Source: Candidatus Parcubacteria bacterium
GTDB taxonomy: Bacteria > Patescibacteriota > Patescibacteriia > UBA1558 > GWA2-36-10
Length of the DNA stretch: 64,000 bases
Direction: 5' to 3'
Assembly (NCBI GenBank): GCA_018669975.1
Contig: JABHSK010000007.1
Coordinates: 128,390-192,389, forward strand
This document shows positions 48,933 through 56,539 of the stretch, one piece after another (positions within the stretch are counted from its first letter, which is position 1; the number at the start of each line of letters is the position of its first letter). Under the pieces are notes generated by a model that was not told the DNA's origin, did not search any database, and worked only from the letters and a program-made list of their open reading frames with translations. Position numbers and translations under genes: made by a program.

Positions 48933-50678
48933 TTACTCTAAAATAGCCTTGATGCGGCGTATTCCGGCAGAGCTTGATTGTTCTTTTTTTATTTTAAAAT
49001 GACCTAATTCGGCGGTGCTTTTTACGTGTGGACCACCACAAATTTCTTGGGAAAATTTTCCAACTTTATATACCTTGACCATTTCGCCATATTTTTTATC
49101 AAATAGGCCGATAGCGCCCTGCTCTTTAGCTTGGGCAACTGACATTTCTTCACATAGCACTGGTAAATCAAGTTCGATTTGTTGGTTAACTATCTCCTCT
49201 ACTTTAGTTTTTTCTTCGTCAGTCATCTTTTCTGGATGGGTAAAGTCAAAGCGCAGCCGTTGCTCGTTTATGTTGCTACCTTTTTGTTGGACATGATCAC
49301 CGAGGACATCACGCAAAGCTTGATGTAGGAGATGGGTAGCCGTATGAAACTTCTTTGCCATCTCACCATCGTCAGCTAGGCCGCCCTTAAACTTTCCAGC
49401 TGAGGCGGTGCGGGATAATTCCTGGTGTTTATTAAAAGCTTCTTCATATTTTTTTTTGTCCAATTTGATTCCTTTTTCTTCAGCCATTTCCAAAGTCATT
49501 TCTATAGGGAATCCGTAAGTAGTAAATAATATAAAAGCTGCTTCTTCGTTTAGCGCGTCTTGAGAAATAAATTTTTCAAATTCTTTCAAGCCTTTGCTGA
49601 GTGTTTTTGAAAACTTACTTTCTTCTTGATTTAGTTGTTCTAAAATGAATTCTTCGTTATCAAATAGTTCTTTATAGTCAGTTTGATAATTTTTGATAAC
49701 CACTTTAGCTAATTTGGTAGTAAATTTATTTTCTATACCTAATTGTTTAGCAAAACGGATAGCTCGACGAATCAAACGGCGCAGAACATAGCCCTGATCT
49801 TTATTGCCAGGGGCAATATTACAGGGATCACCGAGTATAAAAACAGCACTACGGATGTGATCAGCTACAATTCGGAATGATTTTTTATCATCAGCGTATT
49901 TTTTTTCAGATAAGTCCTCTATTTTCTGAATAATTGGCAAGAACAAATCAGTCATGTAGTTATCATCCATACTATTGAGTACAGCTAGGGTGCGTTCTAG
50001 GCCCATGCCAGTATCAACATTTTTTTGTTCTAGTGGTATAAATTTTCCGTCAGCAGTTTTATTATATTCCATTAGAACATTATTCCAGATTTCTACCCAG
50101 CCTTCATCGTCTTCATTGAATTTGGCTGGTGCCTCACCTTCGCCAGTCCAATAGAAAACCTCTGTATCAGGACCACAGGGACCGGTTTCTCCAGCTGGAC
50201 CCCACCAATTATCTTTTACTTTGCAAATTTTTTCTTGGGGAATGCCCAGATCCAACCAGAATTCTTCTGATTCTTGGTCATACTCGGGCACGTCATCGTT
50301 GCCAGCAAAGATGGAGATGCCTAGTTTATTTTTATTTAATTTAAGGATGCCTACCAAAAATTCCAAAGAAAATTTAATGGTATCTTCTTTGAAGTAGTCA
50401 CCTAAAGACCAATTTCCCAGCATTTCAAAAAAGGTATGATGAGTGGTATCACCAATTTCATCGATATCATCAGTACGCATGCATTTTTGAAAATTGGCTA
50501 GACGCTTACCTTCTGGGTGTTTTTCGCCCATTAAATAAGGTACTAGTGGTTGCATGCCAGCAGTTATAAACAAAACACTTGGGTCATTTTCTGGTATCAA
50601 CGAGGCAGAACCAATAATAGCGTGTTTTTTAGCCTTGAAATACTGAAAAAAGTTGTTTTTTAAGTCTTTTGAGGTCAT
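48933..50678 (-). CDS. alaS: Alanine--tRNA ligase (short form without C-Ala)
   Basis: HHTFFEMLGNWS, GPCGP, DTGMGLER, HTATHLL, EICGGPHV. Confidence 0.96.
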   Translation of the reverse strand: MTSKDLKNNFFQYFKAKKHAIIGSASLIPENDPSVLFITAGMQPLVPYLMGEKHPEGKRLANFQKCMRTDDIDEIGDTTHHTFFEMLGNWSLGDYFKEDTIKFSLEFLVGILKLNKNKLGISIFAGNDDVPEYDQESEEFWLDLGIPQEKICKVKDNWWGPAGETGPCGPDTEVFYWTGEGEAPAKFNEDDEGWVEIWNNVLMEYNKTADGKFIPLEQKNVDTGMGLERTLAVLNSMDDNYMTDLFLPIIQKIEDLSEKKYADDKKSFRIVADHIRSAVFILGDPCNIAPGNKDQGYVLRRLIRRAIRFAKQLGIENKFTTKLAKVVIKNYQTDYKELFDNEEFILEQLNQEESKFSKTLSKGLKEFEKFISQDALNEEAAFILFTTYGFPIEMTLEMAEEKGIKLDKKKYEEAFNKHQELSRTASAGKFKGGLADDGEMAKKFHTATHLLHQALRDVLGDHVQQKGSNINEQRLRFDFTHPEKMTDEEKTKVEEIVNQQIELDLPVLCEEMSVAQAKEQGAIGLFDKKYGEMVKVYKVGKFSQEICGGPHVKSTAELGHFKIKKEQSSSAGIRRIKAILE

Positions 50679-50796
50679 ATTTTTATTATAAAAATCTCTT
50701 AAATTTTAGGATATTTAGCCCTAAAAGTCAATGGTTTACAGTAATGTTGGACCGATAATCTCGATACAATAGAGATAGGTTCGACGTTTTTTTGGT

Positions 50797-50995
50797 AAAA
50801 AAAGACCCTGCCGAGCAGATGGAGGGTCACACGAAACTCTCGCTATATTTCGTGGACACTATATCCATGCTCGGCAGGGTGATGGGCCGGGGTTGGTTAG
50901 GCATCAGCACTACTTGCGTTAAATAAAACAATTGTAGTTCCTTACATATCAAGGAGAGTCGCTGCTGATTATTGCCAACCCCGTTCAAAGATCAA
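50797..50995 (-). ncRNA. Candidate two-domain structured ncRNA
   Basis: TTGACA-17-TACAAT, boxA-like GATCTTTGAAC, GGGGTTGG/CCAACCCC three-way domain, 13-bp-closed hairpin plus T7. Confidence 0.6.
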
Positions 50996-51043
50996 CCTAT
51001 GTATTGTAAAAAATAATTTTTTGTTTGTCAATTAAAATTTAAG

Positions 51044-51196
51044 AAAAAAAAGATCCTACCGAAGTAGGATCGTGGGAAAATTGAGCTGCCGTCGAAGACT
51101 AGTGGTTGTGTAAATTCTGGTTCCGTCCAGAAAAAGTGTTTGCCCATTTTCTACAGGACCATGCTAGATAATCAACAGCAGCCCTTAATGAGCTAC
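51044..51196 (-). ncRNA. Candidate structured ncRNA
   Basis: TTGACA-17-TATGGT, boxA-like GCTCATTAAG, 13-bp closing helix with G-U pairs, UUCG terminator. Confidence 0.6.
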
Positions 51197-51236
51197 TGAA
51201 TCTACCATAGCGAAATATTAGATATTTGTCAAGGCT

Positions 51237-51569
51237 TTAATATTGTGTCTGGGCATCAGCTATAGCTTGCTTGAGTTTTGACCAAGGAATTTGGTCTTCA
51301 CCTAATTTAACAGCTTTTTCTTTAAGTGCGGTTACATCGGGACTAACTTCTGGAAAATTAGCCAAAGAGTCTTCATCGGGGATTTGTTTGTTATTGATAG
51401 TCCTCTTCAATACTATTAAATCTCTCATATTGATTGTGGAGGAAGTCAGTAATTTTTGTAGAATAGCTTCAAAATCAGCTACTATTTCTTCTGGTGTTAT
51501 TTCTTGTTCTTGAGTTGATTCGGTCTCAGTTGTGTTATCTTCAGCTGGTGTATATTTTTCCAAAGCCAT
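51237..51569 (-). CDS. Hypothetical acidic protein
   Basis: 110-aa ORF. Confidence 0.65.
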   Translation of the reverse strand: MALEKYTPAEDNTTETESTQEQEITPEEIVADFEAILQKLLTSSTINMRDLIVLKRTINNKQIPDEDSLANFPEVSPDVTALKEKAVKLGEDQIPWSKLKQAIADAQTQY

Positions 51570-51700
51570 ATTTTTTATTTAGTAGTTAATATTGATATTA
51601 TACATTATTTTATATAAATAAAATACTTGACAGTATGCTATGCTTGTATTATAAAGTAATGTAAAATATTGAACTTTCCATTTAACAAAGGAGGCTAGAA

Positions 51701-52321
51701 ATGCAAGAAACACCCAAAGTTTCTGGTGCAGCTAGATTTGCTGCTCGCTTTAAGGAGTATTTACCCGAAGATAAGCGTTGGTTCCTCAAAAAGGCCTACC
51801 AGTTGTCCAAAGATGCTCATCGTCCCGTCACTCGCAAAGACGGATTAACCCGTTATTTTGAGCACTGTCGCGGTGCTTGTGAGATTGCTATTGGTGAGCT
51901 TGGCATCAAGGATAATTGGCGGCTTTTGGTCGCTATTCTGATGCACGATGGTCCTGAGGACACATGGTTGATTGATTTTCGTTTGATCGAGCGTGTCTTT
52001 GATAAGACTGTTCGTCTGTGGGTCGAATATGTGACCAAAACCGAAGTCAATAAAGACACCTATGTCCGAGACATACTCAACTGTGGTATTCCCGAAGTAT
52101 TGATCATTAAGCTTTGTGATCGTTTGCATAATCTGCGTACTCTGGGCACCACCCCTGAGAAATTCCAGGTCCGTCAGGCTCTAGAAACTCGTGATGAGTA
52201 TTTGGTAATTGCTGAAAAGCTTATCGAAATATTACCAGCTGACCTCAGATGGCGTGGTGTATATTTGCGCGACAACATCGAGGCTGTTTGTAAGTCTTAC
52301 GAAACAGAGTTTGGTATCTAG
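51701..52321 (+). CDS. Stand-alone RelA/SpoT-type HD hydrolase (small alarmone hydrolase, Mesh1-like)
   Basis: AH....RKDG..Y..H, MHDGPEDT, IKLCDRLHNLRTL; own promoter, AGGAGG SD, terminator 52328-52357. Confidence 0.85.
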   Translation: MQETPKVSGAARFAARFKEYLPEDKRWFLKKAYQLSKDAHRPVTRKDGLTRYFEHCRGACEIAIGELGIKDNWRLLVAILMHDGPEDTWLIDFRLIERVFDKTVRLWVEYVTKTEVNKDTYVRDILNCGIPEVLIIKLCDRLHNLRTLGTTPEKFQVRQALETRDEYLVIAEKLIEILPADLRWRGVYLRDNIEAVCKSYETEFGI

Positions 52322-52447
52322 TCTATCGCCTACCCATATTTTATGGGTAGGTTTTTTATATTGACAGCTTTTTTATTTATACATAAGATAAATAGGTATT
52401 GATGTTCGTACCATATAGGCTGTAGTCAAAAACCCAAGGAGGGAATT

Positions 52448-52729
52448 ATGTTAGTATTAGCAGAGAAGGAACTATCTTTTTGGGAAGGAGTGAACACATT
52501 CATTGCCAGGCTGAAATTGGCTGGAAAATCAGATGGGTATGTAATGAGGCAGTTAATGCTTCAAGCTACGGGAAAAACTCAAGGATTGTGCCAAGAGGCG
52601 CAAGAATTGCCGTCATTCGGAGAAAATAAACAAACCTGGTCAGATTTACATCGAGTTGCTAATCATCACAAGCAGGAGTTCCGATGGACAGACGGAGTTT
52701 TTTTGACCCTGGTCAACGCTATTTCTTGA
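52448..52729 (+). CDS. Hypothetical protein
   Basis: TTGACA-17-TAAGAT, AGGAGG SD, terminator 52738-52769. Confidence 0.7.
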   Translation: MLVLAEKELSFWEGVNTFIARLKLAGKSDGYVMRQLMLQATGKTQGLCQEAQELPSFGENKQTWSDLHRVANHHKQEFRWTDGVFLTLVNAIS

Positions 52730-52804
52730 CAGCCTATAAGGGCGCTTTGTATAAAGAGGCGCCTTTTTTATTTGACTAAATTTAAGAGATATAGTAATTT
52801 ACCT

Positions 52805-53063
52805 TCAGATTGAACATTTCAACTTGGTGCTCGAAAGAACGGCTGTCTAAGCGTGTGAAAGACCACGTGTAGGGATGTAAAGGTTCGAAGCCTAACAGCT
52901 GGGTGGCGATTGACGTCTTTATCTGTAGGATAGGTGGGAGACATCGAAGCGCTGACGCGAGTCAGAGTGGAGTCATCCTTGAAATACCACTGTTTTAGAC
53001 CTCTCTTTCAAAGCCTTTTCGAGCGCCATCTTTTACGGGTCCTGTCATTTGACAGGACTTTTT
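52805..53063 (+). ncRNA. Stand-alone ncRNA containing 23S rRNA L1-stalk (H77-H78) sequence
   Basis: TGTAGGATAGGTGGGAG...CCTTGAAATACCAC matches recalled 23S sequence near 2109-2178; enclosed by a 13-bp non-rRNA helix, with own promoter and terminator. Confidence 0.75.
53039..53063 (+). terminator. Terminator of L1-stalk RNA
   Basis: GTCCTGTCA-TT-TGACAGGAC-TTTTT. Confidence 0.85.
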
Positions 53064-53157
53064 ATTTTGATTTAGTAATTGACAAATTATAGAAAAAATG
53101 TTATTTTAGCTAGATTTCGAACTTTGTAAACAATTACTCAAACAAGGAGAAAAAGTA

Positions 53158-53415
53158 ATGAGCCAAGATAGGACTGCTGGAGATTTGATTTTTGAAACCA
53201 TAACAGCTATGGGACAAGAAGAACAGGAACATTGTATTCATTGCAATGAAAAATGGTATTCAATTCACTATCGTGATGGTGTCTGTCATAGTTGTCAGCA
53301 AAAAAATCTTCCTGGTAGGACTGAATTAGCTCGTCGTAGTCGTCACATACGAATCATGTATGGTCTGGGCATTGCTGCCCTGTTGTTTTTGATTGGTAGA
53401 GCAATTTTTGGATAG
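53158..53415 (+). CDS. Small Zn-ribbon protein (CxxC...CxxC) with C-terminal TM
   Basis: CIHC/CHSC; AAGGAG SD; own promoter at 53079. Confidence 0.7.
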   Translation: MSQDRTAGDLIFETITAMGQEEQEHCIHCNEKWYSIHYRDGVCHSCQQKNLPGRTELARRSRHIRIMYGLGIAALLFLIGRAIFG

Positions 53416-53478
53416 TAAAAACCATTAATGTTAAGAGTTTAGAGCTCGAGTAGTTCTTTTCTCTGGAAAGGCAAGTTC

Positions 53479-53670
53479 ATGGCTAAGCTTAAAGTTAAAA
53501 TTTTTAGCGGCAGACGTTCTTCTGTTGAAGGTAAAATCAACGCTTATTTAGCTGGTGGTACAGTCGATAAAATTATCGACACCAAATTGACACCACTCAA
53601 TCCAGGGGCAGAGAGTGATATCAATAATCCTAGTGTTATAGCTATGCTGACCTTCACAGTTAAAGATTAG
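53479..53670 (+). CDS. Hypothetical small protein
   Basis: 63 aa, followed by terminator 53679-53709. Confidence 0.6.
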   Translation: MAKLKVKIFSGRRSSVEGKINAYLAGGTVDKIIDTKLTPLNPGAESDINNPSVIAMLTFTVKD

Positions 53671-53760
53671 TATTTGCTACAGCCATTCTCATGAATGGCT
53701 GTTTTTTTTATTAAAAAAGACCACGTCATTATAACGTGGTCGGAGAATTTTTCAGCTTTT

Positions 53761-53934
53761 TTAGACTTGCTGTTTTCTCCTTTGGAGAATTGCTTGGTAG
53801 GCAGGGATTTGTTGGAAAGGGATTTTGTGGCTGGAAGCCACTACATTTCGAATGATACTTATGATACGAGGTTGGCGATTTGGTTGAGGTCTACGACGAA
53901 ACAGAGTTGAGTTGCGGGGGTGCTTTTTGCACAT
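53761..53934 (-). CDS. Basic R/Q-rich small protein (57 aa)
   Basis: GAGGAGG SD before ATG 53934; terminator near 53716-53741. Confidence 0.5.
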   Translation of the reverse strand: MCKKHPRNSTLFRRRPQPNRQPRIISIIRNVVASSHKIPFQQIPAYQAILQRRKQQV

Positions 53935-53947
53935 ATAGCCTCCTCTG

Positions 53948-54163
53948 CTAGTTGAGCTTGTGATAATCTTCGGGAGTCCTGTCCCACTCTGGGACAAAAA
54001 TCCAGAGCAGAATGTAGGCGCCTGCGCCTATTCCGTAGATCCAAATCAGGCAAAACCATAGCATGCGAACAATCCAGGTAGGAATTTTCATCCAATAAGC
54101 AAGGCCGGCACAAACACCGCCGAGCCAATTTTCGTTGGTCATGCGTCGAAATTTACTAGTCAT
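53948..54163 (-). CDS. PspC-domain protein
   Basis: LGGVCAGLA...VR...AYILLWIFVP. Confidence 0.9.
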   Translation of the reverse strand: MTSKFRRMTNENWLGGVCAGLAYWMKIPTWIVRMLWFCLIWIYGIGAGAYILLWIFVPEWDRTPEDYHKLN

Positions 54164-54279
54164 AATATTCTCCTTTTGTTGGTGTTTTGAAGGTTCTACA
54201 GAGGATAAAAAGTATAAAATATATAGTATGTTTTGTCAAAGCCAATAAAAAAGCCCCACTACTGTGGAGCTCGATAGAT

Positions 54280-54852
54280 TTATGTTTCCAAAAAAGAAGT
54301 TACTGGTAGCACTAAGGCACCCTTTTTTTCGTACCAAGGGATACTGTTGTCGCTACTGTGACCAGATTGACCAGAAATAACATCGTTGCTGATGATAATT
54401 TGATAATCTCTCCTAAGTGCGCCATTCGCAGTTCTTTTGACGCAGCAGTCTGCATTGATACCCATCAAGAATAAGGTGCTAATGTTCAGGGATCGGAGAT
54501 GTTGGTCTAGGTTTGTTTTTTTGAAGCCATTATCATATCCTTTAATGATAGTTTTGTATTGTTGAATATCACCCAGCTCTACCCTTATTTCTTTTATCGT
54601 TTCTCCATAACCTTTAAACTCTAAAACTATAATAGGGATATTATTTTCTCGACAGTGCCTAAGTACAGCAATTTGATTAGGTACGATACGGCCTTTATCA
54701 CCGCTTTTGAGGTTTCCCACAAAACCTTTTTGCATATCGATAAGAACAACAGCTAATCCTGCTTGTTTTAATTCTTGGAGCATTTCCGTAGATAACGGCG
54801 GAATTGGTTTGAAGCGTCTTTTGAGGCGACGCCATCCAAAGCGGAAATTCAT
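54280..54852 (-). CDS. Isochorismatase-family cysteine hydrolase
   Basis: LIDMQKGF, K..DNGF, GINADCCV..TA. Confidence 0.85.
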   Translation of the reverse strand: MNFRFGWRRLKRRFKPIPPLSTEMLQELKQAGLAVVLIDMQKGFVGNLKSGDKGRIVPNQIAVLRHCRENNIPIIVLEFKGYGETIKEIRVELGDIQQYKTIIKGYDNGFKKTNLDQHLRSLNISTLFLMGINADCCVKRTANGALRRDYQIIISNDVISGQSGHSSDNSIPWYEKKGALVLPVTSFLET

Positions 54853-55006
54853 GTTGGGTCCTTTCCTTTTTTGGTGTTTTTAAAGAACTAAATTTTTTAC
54901 GGACGATGGATTAATATAGAATACATAGGCTAATTAGTCAATGTTTTAAATAAAAAAGACCCCTGAAACCAGGAATCTTTTATTTTTTTTATTATAAGTG
55001 TGTGTA

Positions 55007-55357
55007 TTATTTCTTTTTATGTTTTTTACAGATTTGGCACTTAATATTAATTAAATAGACTAAGATTAATATCTGTATAACTAGAATAATAAGATCATAA
55101 ACGCCAAATTGATCAGTGGTCGTTAAAAAGATATTAGTCAACACATAGGCAATAGCAAAGTAAAATACCCATTTATTTTTCAATTGAACTAGGTAGGCAA
55201 TAACTAGCATCATAATAGCATTGATTAGCATTACACCAAAAATAGTGTAACGTTGAGCATCGTCTGCTACCCTGGCTAACCAAGTGTAGCCAAATGATAA
55301 CCAAATGACAGCATTAGCTGTCAACATTAACTGTAAAGTTTTAATAGAGTTTTTCAT
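55007..55357 (-). CDS. Hypothetical 4-TM membrane protein
   Basis: Hydrophobic segments; end of sugar operon. Confidence 0.7.
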   Translation of the reverse strand: MKNSIKTLQLMLTANAVIWLSFGYTWLARVADDAQRYTIFGVMLINAIMMLVIAYLVQLKNKWVFYFAIAYVLTNIFLTTTDQFGVYDLIILVIQILILVYLINIKCQICKKHKKK

Positions 55358-55377
55358 GGTTTTTATTTTAAATTTTA

Positions 55378-56529
55378 TTAAATAGTTTTATGGGCCAAGA
55401 TAAACATCGCTGCATTCCATGATTGTCCTGACATGCCAGTGGCTCGACCAGTCCGCCCGTTAAAACATTCATTGAATTCCCAGTTATTTTTTTTATTTAG
55501 TTTAGCTAAGTTGTATAATTCCTCAGTCAACTTTTTATCATTATTTATGGACAATAGCATTAGCCAAAAGCCACCGATGTAGGGCCAGATTCCCCCATTG
55601 TGATATTGATAGGGTTTATTTAAATTTAAATGGGCCATACGCGGAGTCCACAGTTTATCTTTCCTAGTGATAGGTTTGAGAACTGTTTTACCTGGAAAGG
55701 GTTGGTTAGCCTTTTTCTTTTTTAGGAAATTTATTATTTGTGTTACCTTTTTTTCCTCTGCTAGGCCAACTATACTAGCTAAAACATTTGCAAAGATGTC
55801 CCCTTCATCTCCATAGAAGGTGTAATTAACAAAACTGACATACATGGGATTGCCGGGATGTTTTGGTATGTGACTTAATAGTTTTTTTAATCTAGTATCT
55901 TTTTTGAAAATTGCGGGCGAGATTTTGTAGTTAGGATCAAAAACATAATTAAAGTATTCTTTTGTCTTATCAGCGTTTTTAATATTATACAGTCTCTTTA
56001 CCCAATACCACAGAGAGTTGCTATATAAAACAAAGCCAGAACGCGGCATTAAATCTGCCCAATCACTGGCTCCATTTTGTTGTATTAAATGAAAGTTTGG
56101 ATGTTCTTGGCAAGTTAACCAATTAAGGGCTTTCTTAATTTTTACCTGGAATTTTTTTTCTAAATTATAATTAGTGTTTTTGTCAAAAAATTTAATAGCA
56201 ATTAACCACCAGAGAGTAGAATCAATGCAACCTAGATAATAAAAATCAGCATATTTTTTTTCTGGTTTTACATAAAAAGCAATTTGACCATTGTCAGCTT
56301 GATATTTTGCTAAAGTTTCTAAACTACGTTTAGCAGTGGCAATTAATTTTTTATCCCCACTAACAGCCATGCCCAAGGAACAAATTGAAGCATCTCGTCC
56401 AAAAACATTGAGATAGGCTCTATTTCTAGCCTTGCTTGATTTACTGCTAGCTAAAATACCATGTTTAGTGGAATTTTTCTTTAATAGGTCTATTGATTTT
56501 TGATAGCACTCCTGATTAATGTCATTCAT
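55378..56529 (-). CDS. Glycoside hydrolase, GH100/amylo-alpha-1,6-glucosidase-like
   Basis: FGRD, DSTLWW, DWAD, YHNGGIWP, EFNE, QSWNAA. Confidence 0.8.
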   Translation of the reverse strand: MNDINQECYQKSIDLLKKNSTKHGILASSKSSKARNRAYLNVFGRDASICSLGMAVSGDKKLIATAKRSLETLAKYQADNGQIAFYVKPEKKYADFYYLGCIDSTLWWLIAIKFFDKNTNYNLEKKFQVKIKKALNWLTCQEHPNFHLIQQNGASDWADLMPRSGFVLYSNSLWYWVKRLYNIKNADKTKEYFNYVFDPNYKISPAIFKKDTRLKKLLSHIPKHPGNPMYVSFVNYTFYGDEGDIFANVLASIVGLAEEKKVTQIINFLKKKKANQPFPGKTVLKPITRKDKLWTPRMAHLNLNKPYQYHNGGIWPYIGGFWLMLLSINNDKKLTEELYNLAKLNKKNNWEFNECFNGRTGRATGMSGQSWNAAMFILAHKTI

Positions 56530-56539
56530 AAGCTAGTTA

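Noticed and set aside
48933-50678. Short AlaRS (and short uL13) as pseudogenes
   Set aside because: Catalytic and editing motifs are intact; truncated forms are expected in reduced genomes
50797-50995. T-box riboswitch for alaS
   Set aside because: No GGTGGNACC T-box or antiterminator seen; alaS has its own promoter
51130-51150. c-di-GMP-I riboswitch (GGGCAAAC on - strand)
   Set aside because: The downstream GAAA/GACGCAAAG elements are missing and no gene follows
52924-52990. Calling this a 23S rRNA gene or operon
   Set aside because: Similarity is confined to short domain V pieces; the flanks are a dedicated helix, a terminator and protein genes
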